The notes: generated by a model from the sequence alone, not told the origin. Positions 19,317 to 29,062 are shown, numbered from the stretch's first letter. The stretch is 64,000 nucleotides of DNA from Promethearchaeota archaeon (GCA_016926735.1 JAFGOA010000066.1:1-64000), one strand, 5' to 3'. Numbers and translations are program-made.

Positions 19317-20261
19317 CTATTCATGCATTAAATTATTCTTTTTAAAACTATTAATAAGATCTTCAATAATACTATGAATTAATTCATCTAATTTCACTTC
19401 ATTAAAGCTCTCTGAAATAACAATTAAATAAGAAAGATCAGATTTAAGAAAATTTAATTTATGGATTTTAACAATTCTTACTTTATCGTTTGATTTGAAT
19501 AAATGACTTTCATTATCCAGATAAGATGATAATCTGTTTTGCTCCCATAATTCATAAAAAATAAGAAAAGAATCATAAATTAGATTTATATTATATTCTT
19601 CTGATTTTGATAGGGTAACAACTTTATTTTGATTATTAGTTATCAAGCATAGTATATTATGATAATTTTTTATATGGAGATCTAATATATTTTTAATTTT
19701 AGCGACTTTATTTGAAAAACTACTTAAAATTTCTGAAAAAGTATTGTGAATACTATAGATAAATTTTTTATCAATACTCGTAAAATACATATCAGGTTTA
19801 ATTTTTAGATTCATCAAATTCTGAATTTGATTAATCAGTAATTTTGGATTTTTTTGGAATAATTCTGGAATAAGATCGATCTTATGATAAATTAGAACTA
19901 AACGACTGCTTTTTTTTTTTTTCTTAATAATATTATCAATAGTTTCTATATCATCAACAATCTCTTGTGATTGCTCTCTAAGAGATCTGTGATCAAATAT
20001 ATAAATAACAATATCAACATTTTCAAAAACAAAATCCTGATTTTCTCCTTCTTCTAAGAAATTTTTAATTTCTTGACCGGGTATATCAAAAATATTTAAA
20101 TTAACATCACACCAATCACAATTAAATATCTCTAATGTGCGTGTAGGTTCTAAGGAATTCCTTAATAATAAGTCGGGATTTGAATTTTCAAAAATAATTT
20201 TCTTTAAACTTGTTTTTCCTACACCCTCTTTACCAAGAAGAAGAATTTTATTTATTATTAT
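19317..20261 (-). CDS. Rag/Gtr-like small GTPase with C-terminal roadblock/longin-like region; non-canonical (ATA) start
   Basis: Open frame extends about 148 codons upstream of the ORF-track start: KILLLGKEGVGKTS (G1), LEPT (G2), FDIPGQ (G3), YHKID (Rag-type G4), FTSI (G5). Only ATA codons follow the upstream stop. Confidence 0.8.
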   Translation of the reverse strand: MIINKILLLGKEGVGKTSLKKIIFENSNPDLLLRNSLEPTRTLEIFNCDWCDVNLNIFDIPGQEIKNFLEEGENQDFVFENVDIVIYIFDHRSLREQSQEIVDDIETIDNIIKKKKKSSRLVLIYHKIDLIPELFQKNPKLLINQIQNLMNLKIKPDMYFTSIDKKFIYSIHNTFSEILSSFSNKVAKIKNILDLHIKNYHNILCLITNNQNKVVTLSKSEEYNINLIYDSFLIFYELWEQNRLSSYLDNESHLFKSNDKVRIVKIHKLNFLKSDLSYLIVISESFNEVKLDELIHSIIEDLINSFKKNNLMHE

Positions 20262-20539
20262 TTATCAACTTACTTAGATTTTTTTTTAGTTTCTATTATA
20301 GTTAGTAATATATTAATTATACTAATTTATAAATTTCCTTGAAATAGAAAAGATCATAATGGGTAATTATATTTTCTTAAAATATTTCCTTAGAATTGAT
20401 TTTTTATTATGATTTAACCAGTAATTTCAAATATTTTTCTATTAAAAAATTAGATTTAAATTAAAATTATGATTTTATAAATTTTAATCATATTAAATAA
20501 TAACAGAATTCAATAGATAAAATATATATTCTATTATAA

Positions 20540-21157
20540 TTAGTTTTCAATTAATATAACCCTTGCGGGAGCTCCATCACTTTCAATTTTTAAAGGTAAT
20601 CCAATAAATAGATACTCTCCAGATTCAATTTTTGATAAATCAAGACCCTCAAACAAAGTCATATTATCAATAATAATTTCATGTACTTCATCATCATTAC
20701 CAAATTTTTTAACACTCAGATAATCAACACCCAAAGTCTTTATTTTTTTTTGCACTAAATATTTAGCAGCATTAAATTTAATATGAATAAAGTCCTTCCG
20801 AAAATCTTGATAACCCTTAATAGAATTTTCTGTTTTTAGAAGAATAATATCATCTTGATTTATTGAAAATTTCTCTAAATCTTTTCTGTATATTGCTGAT
20901 GTTATATAAGTTAAATCAAATACTTTACATTTACCATAAAAACTTTCTAAAGGTAATTTATCTGCGAAATATCCCTCATTTCTTATATGTCTTGGAGAAT
21001 CTACATGAGTACCGGTATGACAACCAAATTTTATCCAAGATTCATTAACTGATTTATTTGGAATAGAGGAAAATTGAAATATTGATACTTTTTCATTTCC
21101 AGGATATACTATTGTATCTTTATTAATCTTTAAAGAAATATCATGAATTTTAACCAT
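20540..21157 (-). CDS. Cyclase family metal hydrolase (kynurenine formamidase-like)
   Basis: HTGTHVDSPRH, GVDYLS, DGAPARV motifs. Confidence 0.9.
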   Translation of the reverse strand: MVKIHDISLKINKDTIVYPGNEKVSIFQFSSIPNKSVNESWIKFGCHTGTHVDSPRHIRNEGYFADKLPLESFYGKCKVFDLTYITSAIYRKDLEKFSINQDDIILLKTENSIKGYQDFRKDFIHIKFNAAKYLVQKKIKTLGVDYLSVKKFGNDDEVHEIIIDNMTLFEGLDLSKIESGEYLFIGLPLKIESDGAPARVILIEN

Positions 21158-21250
21158 ATTATTTATTTATTTTTATATTATTAGAAAAATTTTATTGCTA
21201 TAACATGTCATTAGTAAAAATTATACCCGCGCAAGGTTATTCAACAAATA

Positions 21251-21285
21251 ACATCCTCAAATAGGTTTCTTATTTGAATCATTAT
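21251..21285 (-). promoter_or_regulatory. Candidate eukaryote-like SECIS element in a 3' UTR
   Basis: Minus strand reads AUAAUGA-UUCAAAUAAG-AAAC-CUAUUUGAG-GAUGU: AUGA/GA core, about 8-9 bp stem, apical AAA. AUGA starts 10 nt after the stop of a gene with an in-frame UGA. Confidence 0.7.
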
Positions 21286-21292
21286 AAAATAA

Positions 21293-22234
21293 TTATTTAC
21301 TACAGTTTCTAGCTCTTAATTTATTTAGTTTTTGTAAAGATTCTTCAGGGATATTTCTCTGCTTAGATTTTATATTTCTATTAACTTGTTTAAGATAATT
21401 TATTGCTTTTTTTTTTCCATTCGATATATTTTCAAAAAGTTCTTTTTTATTATCTCCTCCAGAAATCGTTAATGCAGTCTGAAAACTTTTATTAGGTTTT
21501 AGAGTCTTAAATTCTATTTGAAGTGCAGATAAGATTTCTCCAGGAGAATTATGTAATTTATTTGATAATTGTGTTTTTTCTTTATTTATTGCAAAGTCTT
21601 TTGTCAAACTAGATTCAAAATATGTCGATTTTGAAATTAATGAAAAACCAGCATACAAACCAGAAGAATCATACTGAAATATTGTATCAGAAGCATTATC
21701 GTAATTAGAAAAATCATTATCAAAACCATCTAACCCGTTAATATCAAAATCAAAAATAAAATAGATATTAAAATCATAGAAATTATAGTTTGATTGATTT
21801 TTAAATGTAAAATATGTATTAAGATATGGCAAATTTGGTTCATGAAAAACATCTATGTATAATCTTAAGACTTGATTTTCTTCTATAATTTTTGTTATCA
21901 AATTTTTTATCTTATTTTTGGAATGTTTTTTAAAATATTCACCAAGATCAAAATCTAAAGTTATTCGATCAATTCCTTTTCCAGTTCTAGTATTGATTAA
22001 TTGATAAACCGGTGTTGGTTCTATATTCTTAAGAATTATTAAAACAGGTTCTAAACCCTTCTCTTTAACTTTAAAACTAACCCATGGACCAGCTAATTCT
22101 TCTTTGGAGGAATATAAAATATGTTTATTGTTATACGTTAATTCTTTTATTGAAAATCCCATTAAATAGCCAGATGAATTTCAAAGAGCTAAGATATTAT
22201 TGAATTTAACATTGAGAGAATTTAAATTTATCAC
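21293..22234 (-). CDS. Uncharacterised protein, candidate selenoprotein (in-frame TGA at 22181-22183; 313 aa from GTG 22234)
   Basis: GTG/RBS at 22231-22235 opens (M)INLNSLNVKFNNILAL-UGA-NSSGYL-MGFSIKE..., in frame with the 289-aa ORF; SECIS-like hairpin downstream. Confidence 0.65.
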
Positions 22235-22321
22235 CTTTTTTTAAAATTAACCTCCTTTTATTATAATTGATTAATATATTGGTGGAATCTATAAAAATAA
22301 ATGTTTTAAGAAGTAATTTTA

Positions 22322-23290
22322 TTATAATCTTTCTAGTACCTTACTCGCCATATATGCAAAAGCATCATGAACATTTTCTCCCGTTTTGGCAGAAGTTAGA
22401 ATATAATTAAAACCCAATTCATCAGCAACAGCCTTAATATCCTTTTCTTGAACAACAATATTATCTAATAAATCACTTTTATTTCCTACTATTACCATAG
22501 GGAGCTTTTCTTCTAATGAGTTTGTAATATCATTATACCATTTTTTCACATTCTTTAATGTCTCCTCTCTTGTTCGATCTAATACTATTATAGCACAATG
22601 GGCTCCATTATAAAAATTCTTTCTGTAAGTTAAAAAATCTGATTGTCCTGCGACATCCCAAATAATAAAATTAACTATTGTTTTATCAGATAATTTATAT
22701 GTGTGTTTAGTAATATCTACTCCTATTGTTGATGTATAATTTTCTTTAAATTTTTGATGTACAAATCTTCTAATCAAAGAACTTTTACCAGCTCGATAAT
22801 CACCTATTAATACTAATTTAGTTGCAAAGTCTCCTTCAGGAAATTTACCACTACGAGTTTTTGAAAGAAGTTTAATAATATCTGGTATTTCTAAACTGAT
22901 ATTTTCGTTTCGATCTAATAATAAATCTATTTTAATTGCAATATGTTCAGAAAATACCTTTAATTCTACATCTGAGGTATTTGGTTGAGCCAGAGTAGTT
23001 AATATTGAATTTTGACCCTTTGAGCAAAAAGCAAATTTCTTATCTCCAGTTGATGTAATATTAAAAAATCCAACTTCTGTATTAAATTCTTTTTTGATTC
23101 TATCAATAGAACTATCAATCATAGAAGATATTGCACCCATAATAGCATCAGAGTCACTTCCCGTCCCTTCTTTATGTTCTGAAGCAATTAATAATCCATC
23201 TTTATCAAAAATAGCAACAGCTATAATTCCTTCAACATTATTAACATAATTCTTTAGAATAATGTTTAATTTATTTTCCATAATACACAA
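22322..23290 (-). CDS. Roadblock-domain + Rab-like small GTPase fusion
   Basis: GIIAVAIFDKDGLLIAS (roadblock); GDYRAGKS, STIGVD, WDVAGQ, GNKSD, TSAKTG. Confidence 0.9.
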   Translation of the reverse strand: MCIMENKLNIILKNYVNNVEGIIAVAIFDKDGLLIASEHKEGTGSDSDAIMGAISSMIDSSIDRIKKEFNTEVGFFNITSTGDKKFAFCSKGQNSILTTLAQPNTSDVELKVFSEHIAIKIDLLLDRNENISLEIPDIIKLLSKTRSGKFPEGDFATKLVLIGDYRAGKSSLIRRFVHQKFKENYTSTIGVDITKHTYKLSDKTIVNFIIWDVAGQSDFLTYRKNFYNGAHCAIIVLDRTREETLKNVKKWYNDITNSLEEKLPMVIVGNKSDLLDNIVVQEKDIKAVADELGFNYILTSAKTGENVHDAFAYMASKVLERL

Positions 23291-23388
23291 TTCTATTTAT
23301 TCATCTATACTCTTAAAATAATAATTTTAATTCGTTAATTTAAATCTGTTTAAAACCAATTTTAAAATAAGTATTAATAAAGAGTTTT

Positions 23389-24309
23389 TTATTTTTTTTT
23401 CATAGATTTTTTATATATCTCATCTATTATTGTTTTATAAATACTCCTAAAAACAATTGAGAATTCTTTAGGATTTTCCAAATTATCTGGTAATCCTAAA
23501 TTTTCTAATATTTCAATATATTTTCCAGGTTTTTTGAAATGAAAGGTTACTTCATTCTCCTTTTCAAATAAATTATTTTTATTTTTAATTTCTTCAACAT
23601 TTAATTTAGGAACATTAAAATCATGACTTTCATTTTTTTCTCTTTTTTCCTCAATATTGATATTTGAAGTTTTTTCCAACTCTTCTTTATGAAAACCAAT
23701 TTTTAATTCTTTTAATAATTCTTTTTTAGTTTTACCTCTAATCTTAAGTAAAATTAAAGGATTATAATCTAATATTTTTGAAATATAAAGAATTGTTGCT
23801 GCAATATGTTTACAAGGAATTGCTTTATCCGGACAAGAGCATGAGGAATTTAAAACCTCATTTACTTCAGGAAATAATGATTGATTATTTTTTTCAAAAA
23901 TATTAATAACCTCCTCAGTTAATTTACCTTGTAATAACAATAATAAATTGAGTAAATTTTGCCCAATTTCAGATATAATATTTACCCACGTATCTTGAGA
24001 AATTATATTAAAATTGATTTTAACTCTATATGGCATTGGTGCTGTTCCTTGAACCAATGCAAATATTTGACCCTTGTTTATAATTAAATTATTGATTCTT
24101 TCTTCCTCTTTTGCATATTGGATTCCACGCTTCATTCTATAAGGTCTGCCTATCTTTAAAATAGAATAGATCCATTCTTTTCCCCAAGGTGTTTTCGCAT
24201 AATTATTTAAATCCTTTCTAATTTGATTTATTTCTGCTTGTTTCTTTTTTTTATCAGTTATAAAATTTTCATCCTTTAGCTTTTTGTTATAATTTTTTAA
24301 ATCTCTCAG
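23389..24309 (-). CDS. SWIM zinc-finger protein (SNF2 partner); likely CTG start
   Basis: CSCPD..PCKHIAA. The conserved N-terminal TPWGKEW..RMKRG..YA lies partly upstream of the ORF-track ATG. RBS GGTGAG precedes CTG 24309. Confidence 0.82.
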   Translation of the reverse strand: MRDLKNYNKKLKDENFITDKKKKQAEINQIRKDLNNYAKTPWGKEWIYSILKIGRPYRMKRGIQYAKEEERINNLIINKGQIFALVQGTAPMPYRVKINFNIISQDTWVNIISEIGQNLLNLLLLLQGKLTEEVINIFEKNNQSLFPEVNEVLNSSCSCPDKAIPCKHIAATILYISKILDYNPLILLKIRGKTKKELLKELKIGFHKEELEKTSNINIEEKREKNESHDFNVPKLNVEEIKNKNNLFEKENEVTFHFKKPGKYIEILENLGLPDNLENPKEFSIVFRSIYKTIIDEIYKKSMKKK

Positions 24310-24328
24310 TTTTCTCTCACCATCTTTT

Positions 24329-24525
24329 TTATAAATCTAAGGATATTAGTTCTTTTATCTTATTATTATCTAATGTTGTAAGCCAAGATTCCCCACTTAT
24401 TATAATTGAATCAGCTAATTCCTTTTTTTCATCAATAAGTTCGTCAATCTTTTCTTCAATAGTTCCAACAGTAATAAATTTATAGACATTAACATTCTTT
24501 GTTTGTCCAATTCTATACGCTCTAT
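24329..24525 (-). pseudogene. Orphaned duplicate 3' end of the SNF2 helicase gene (probably the original C-terminus)
   Basis: RAYRIGQTKNVNVYKFITVGTIEEKI..GESWLTTLD..ELISL duplicates the SNF2 end; similarity starts abruptly at 24525. Confidence 0.8.
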
Positions 24526-26052
24526 TCTTTTTTTTTTCATTCAATAATATAATATTTATTTGTTTATATTTTCTTTCCGACTCCAATAACCAAGCGGGGG
24601 AATTTCAATTTTAAATTTTCTGCAATAATCACCAACCAAATGACTATTTATTGATATCCCAAAGAATTTTTTATGTAATTTTGCAATTTTACTATGGGGC
24701 ATTAACCAGACAAGATTTTCTAAGTCATTTTTTGAAAATCTAAATTTGATTTTTTCTTTTGCTAATTTAATAGCACGCTCAGTTTTTTCTATACTAGTTT
24801 GTAACCGAATTCTTTTTCTAGGCATACTTTTTTTATAGTTATTTAGCATTTTACTAAATAAATCTGCTCCCAAAGTTAATCTATATACAGATCCTTTAAT
24901 AAATCTATTATCTATATATCCTCCTTTACTTTCTTTATATTTTATATCAAATTTAATTTTAAAAAATTCTTTTATTCTACTTAGAAATTTTTTACTCCTA
25001 CAGTTAATTAAAGAAGTCCCTTGATCTCCATCTCCATCAAAATATCCAAGTAAAAAAGCTAAATATAAATCATTGGTATTAAGAGATGGTAATTCAATAT
25101 GATATGATTTTCTTTTACCAACTATAAATCCATGTTTTATTAGATTCTCTTTAAATTTTCGACATTGGAAAGTCATTTCTAAATAATCTGCATCTATATA
25201 ATTTTTTACTCTTTGTTTTCCTTTCCTATAAGTTAAATACTTAATATTCAGACCAATAGTATTTATATATCTAAATATTTGTAAACCATCCTTTTTACTA
25301 ACTCCAACACCAATAACATGATCCTTATATTTTGATGGTTTTTGAATCCATCCTTCAGCAAATAACCATCCTAGCCAATAACTTTTTTCTTTATTATCAA
25401 TTACTTTAAAATAATCAGGATTTAAATTTGGATGATAAATCAGATATTTCTTTTTGGTGGATTTTGGTAATATATTTCTATGTTGATATTTTTCAATAGT
25501 TTTGATTACATTTATACTTTTTTTACCAAATCGAAATTTTAAATTGATTATATATTCTTCAAGAAAATCTAAAGCAATTTTAAATTCTGGATTATACTTT
25601 GCTTTATGAAAATAATTTTCAATATGTCTTTTTGACTGACCTAAAATTAAGCTTAATTTTTCATTACTTAATCTTTTCCTATATATAAATTGAACTTGTT
25701 TTTTTAATTCATTAAGAAACATTTGAGTTGTAATGGTCTCTTCGTTATTATCTATGTTAATATTTTTTATATATTCAAAAAAATCTTCTTTTTTCTCATC
25801 CATAATAATTCTATATTAGATAATTTTAACAATTATTTATCTAAATTCAAATTTAAATATCAGGAGTCAAGAAACTTATTAATTCTTCTTTATTAAACTT
25901 AAAGATAAAAGATCCACTTTGAATGTCAATAATTTTATTTGCTAAATTACGTTTTTGTTCAAGTAAGACTTCAATTTTTTCTTCAATAGTTCCAAGCGTA
26001 ATGAATTTATAAACATTCACATTTGAGGTCTGTCCAATTCTATAAGCCCTAT
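24526..26052 (-). mobile_element. Putative homing element: replacement SNF2 3' end + free-standing LAGLIDADG endonuclease
   Basis: Bounded by the two homologous G|AT AGR GCN TAT AGA ATT GGA CAR junctions (26052 and 24525). Confidence 0.65.
24556..25803 (-). CDS. Double-motif LAGLIDADG homing endonuclease
   Basis: YWLGWLFAEGWI and AFLLGYFDGDG motifs, C-terminal HTH-like ..PPLGYW; own ATG and stop; no intein termini. Confidence 0.85.
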   Translation of the reverse strand: MDEKKEDFFEYIKNINIDNNEETITTQMFLNELKKQVQFIYRKRLSNEKLSLILGQSKRHIENYFHKAKYNPEFKIALDFLEEYIINLKFRFGKKSINVIKTIEKYQHRNILPKSTKKKYLIYHPNLNPDYFKVIDNKEKSYWLGWLFAEGWIQKPSKYKDHVIGVGVSKKDGLQIFRYINTIGLNIKYLTYRKGKQRVKNYIDADYLEMTFQCRKFKENLIKHGFIVGKRKSYHIELPSLNTNDLYLAFLLGYFDGDGDQGTSLINCRSKKFLSRIKEFFKIKFDIKYKESKGGYIDNRFIKGSVYRLTLGADLFSKMLNNYKKSMPRKRIRLQTSIEKTERAIKLAKEKIKFRFSKNDLENLVWLMPHSKIAKLHKKFFGISINSHLVGDYCRKFKIEIPPLGYWSRKENINK

Positions 26053-29000
26053 CTGTAGCCTGATCTTGAGTTGCGGGATTCCAAGGTGAATCATAATGAA
26101 ATACGGTTGTTGCTTTTGTAAGATTAATTCCAGTTCCACCTGCTTTTAGAGAAAGTATTAAAATAGATGATTTTTTACTATTATCAGATTGAAATTCTTC
26201 AATTATTTTCTTTCTATTTTCTGTAGAAACACTTCCATGATAATATAAAATAGGATGTTTGTATTTATAGGTAAATAATTCTTGTAATAAATCACCCATC
26301 TGGGTATATTGGGTAAAAATTATGCATTTTTCATTATTATCTATAACATCCTCTACTTTTTCTAATAATCGCTCAAGTTTTGGAGAAAGAGAGATAATTT
26401 TGCTAAATTTTTTTTTAGAAATATTTTTAGTAATCGATTTTTTTAAATATTGGTATGGGTGATTACATATTTGTTTAAATTTAGTTAGTAATCCTAAGAT
26501 AAAGATATTTTTATTTTTTTTATTTGAATCTATCTTGTCAAATTCTTCTAGAGAATCATTTACTAATTTTTTATACAGTGATAACTGAAGCTCACTTAGT
26601 TCTACATAAATTTTTATTTCATTTTTCTCGGGTAAATCTTTTATTATCGATTTATCTGTTTTAACTCTCCTAAGGATAAATGGTGCAATAATTTTTTTTA
26701 ATTGCAATATAACATTTTCATCAGAATATCTTTCTATTGGAATAATTGTATCCTCTTGGAATTTTTTTCTTTCTCCTAGTAATCCAGGATTTAAGAATTC
26801 AAATAAAGTCCAAAGTTCTTCCAATCGATTCTCTATTGGAGTACCACTTAAACATGCTTTATATTGACCTTTTAATTCATAAATAGCTTTAGTCTGTTGG
26901 GCGCTAAAATTCTTTATATTTTGGGATTCGTCAATAATTATTCCTGTAAAAGAAATTGTCTTTAAAAAATCTATATCATTTCTTACTGTAGCAAATGAAG
27001 ATAATATAATCCTATGAGGTGTTAAGTTTTTTATAAATTTAGAGATATTTTTTTCACGATTGGGACCATGGTGAAGAATAATTTCAAGATTAGGAGCAAA
27101 TTTATTTAGCTCATGTTTCCAGTTATACAACACAGATGTAGGACAAATAATCAATGTACTTCCAAAATTATCAGGATATTTTTCTTTAAAATATAATAAA
27201 AGAGCAATTATTTGTATAGTTTTTCCTAAGCCCATATCATCTGCTAAACATACTCCAAAATTTAATTCACACATATTTACTAACCAAGTTAAACCATCAT
27301 TTTGATAAGGTCTTAACTTACCTTTAAATGTTTTTGGAGGATTTACTTTTTCAAATTTTTTTAAAGTTTTTATTTTTCTTACTATATCTTCAAATTGATC
27401 TTCAATAACAATATCATAACTAATTCCTTCCTCTAATTGTACCTTTCCAGATAATCCTAATTTAAGAGCATTTAAATAATTAATATTCCCTTGTAACTGA
27501 TTAAATACATTAGAGGTTTTATTAGAAGTAATAATTTGTTTTAAATTGTTGATGTCTTGTTGTTCTACTAAAATCCATTTATTTTTCCAGTTTATTAGAG
27601 ATTGGTTTGAATTTATTATCTTCTCTATCTCGTGATTTTCTATAATTTGATCCCCAAGCTTAATCTCCCATTTATATCTTAATAAATCAGATAATTGAAA
27701 AATAGGATTTAATACATTGGAAGATACACGGTTTTTATGATTTTTTTGAGGACTTATTACTATTTTAGAAGTTAGTCTCTGTTTTCCTCCAATATTAAAA
27801 ACATCGGGGAGAATTATGTTGTATCCACTTTGAATCAGCAAATCTTTAGGAAAACTAAGAAAATTCATGACTTCATTAGAGTCTATTTCAATATCTTTTG
27901 GATATGATTGATTTAGTGCTTTTTTTATAGGAGGATATATAATTGTTGCTAAATAAAGGCTTTTTAACACAGACTCAATCAGATCCTCTTTATTCTGCAT
28001 TTGATTTTTTATTTTTTCAACATTTTTATTTCCAAGCCAAAAATCTTGTAATGAGACAAGCTCTATAGAATCTCCTGTGGATATATAAAATTTTAAAATC
28101 CAATTATGCTTATCTTTTTCAGGATATTCTAATTGAATTGTAAGTCTAATTCCATATTTAGCTATTGATAGTTGGATGGAATCTGCCCAATTATTTATAA
28201 GTTTAGGAATAATTGATTCATGTAATTTAGAAATATTGAAAGAATTATTCTTATTTATCAAAGATTTCAAAAATTTATAATCCCAACTTAGATTGAACTC
28301 TCGATTTTTTTCTTTTAAGATATCTATATTATAAAATTCATCTAAAGAGTGGAAATTTGTAGATTTTAAAATATATCTAATTAGAGAATCTCCTAAATTT
28401 TTAATATAATGTGAAAAAATATAAGAATTATGCCATAATTCATCAGTATATTGAATTCTTCTACTTTTATTTGATTTATTTTGATATTTATAACTTGCTG
28501 GAATATTAAATGCTTGCCATGAGCTATTATTTAAAATATAATTAAATCGGTCATGATCTTTTTTAGTTTTGAGAAGAATTTGCCATTCACATTTAAAAAC
28601 TGAATCTGTTTCTTTTTTAAAGTGTGGAACAAAATTACCTTGCGATAAGAGTTCAAAATTTAACTTTGTTAATAAAGCCCAAGTTATAACAGAATTAGAT
28701 AAACTACTTTCTGATTTATTATGAGTATTAATATCATATATTTCTAATTTATTTAATAATCTAGAGGCAGGAATTATAGGTAAGATTTTTGAATTTATTC
28801 TTTTGATTATAAAATAATCTTTTTTGAGTATAGCTAAATTGATATAACATGACATTAAATTATCAACTGGGATTTCTGGAAATGTTTGAGAAATGTTTAA
28901 AACTATATCTTCTTCAGAATTAGATTCCTCAATCCATAATATAAAAAAATTTGAATTTTTTGGAATTTCTTTTGTGTTTGAAAATAAAGAAAATTTACTT

Positions 29001-29062
29001 AATTCATGATTCCAATAATCTGAGGGAATATATGTTAGCTGTAAATCTGAATTTAATATCAT
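25853..29062 (-). CDS. SNF2-family (YwqA-like) helicase/ATPase
   Basis: LRPYQ, LADDMGLGKT, DESQNIKN, LSGTPIEN, LRRVK, LSLKAGGTGINLT, QATDRAYRIGQ. Confidence 0.95.
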   Translation of the reverse strand: MILNSDLQLTYIPSDYWNHELSKFSLFSNTKEIPKNSNFFILWIEESNSEEDIVLNISQTFPEIPVDNLMSCYINLAILKKDYFIIKRINSKILPIIPASRLLNKLEIYDINTHNKSESSLSNSVITWALLTKLNFELLSQGNFVPHFKKETDSVFKCEWQILLKTKKDHDRFNYILNNSSWQAFNIPASYKYQNKSNKSRRIQYTDELWHNSYIFSHYIKNLGDSLIRYILKSTNFHSLDEFYNIDILKEKNREFNLSWDYKFLKSLINKNNSFNISKLHESIIPKLINNWADSIQLSIAKYGIRLTIQLEYPEKDKHNWILKFYISTGDSIELVSLQDFWLGNKNVEKIKNQMQNKEDLIESVLKSLYLATIIYPPIKKALNQSYPKDIEIDSNEVMNFLSFPKDLLIQSGYNIILPDVFNIGGKQRLTSKIVISPQKNHKNRVSSNVLNPIFQLSDLLRYKWEIKLGDQIIENHEIEKIINSNQSLINWKNKWILVEQQDINNLKQIITSNKTSNVFNQLQGNINYLNALKLGLSGKVQLEEGISYDIVIEDQFEDIVRKIKTLKKFEKVNPPKTFKGKLRPYQNDGLTWLVNMCELNFGVCLADDMGLGKTIQIIALLLYFKEKYPDNFGSTLIICPTSVLYNWKHELNKFAPNLEIILHHGPNREKNISKFIKNLTPHRIILSSFATVRNDIDFLKTISFTGIIIDESQNIKNFSAQQTKAIYELKGQYKACLSGTPIENRLEELWTLFEFLNPGLLGERKKFQEDTIIPIERYSDENVILQLKKIIAPFILRRVKTDKSIIKDLPEKNEIKIYVELSELQLSLYKKLVNDSLEEFDKIDSNKKNKNIFILGLLTKFKQICNHPYQYLKKSITKNISKKKFSKIISLSPKLERLLEKVEDVIDNNEKCIIFTQYTQMGDLLQELFTYKYKHPILYYHGSVSTENRKKIIEEFQSDNSKKSSILILSLKAGGTGINLTKATTVFHYDSPWNPATQDQATDRAYRIGQTSNVNVYKFITLGTIEEKIEVLLEQKRNLANKIIDIQSGSFIFKFNKEELISFLTPDI

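Noticed and set aside
19910-19922. 13-nt homopolymer as a frameshift or phase-variation break in the Rag-like GTPase
   Set aside because: The frame is continuous through it (poly-Lys); such tracts are common in this AT-rich DNA.
22181-22183. Genome-wide UGA reassignment (e.g. to Trp)
   Set aside because: TGA terminates many conserved genes here (moaD, moaB, moeA, wtpB) and Trp is encoded by TGG.
24329-24586. 85-aa ORF as an independent gene
   Set aside because: Its N-terminus is out-of-frame endonuclease tail and A-rich spacer; only 24329-24525 is SNF2-like.
24526-26052. LAGLIDADG as part of an intein or BHB intron
   Set aside because: It has its own start and stop, no intein terminal residues and no BHB pairing at the junctions, and the upstream SNF2 is already complete.
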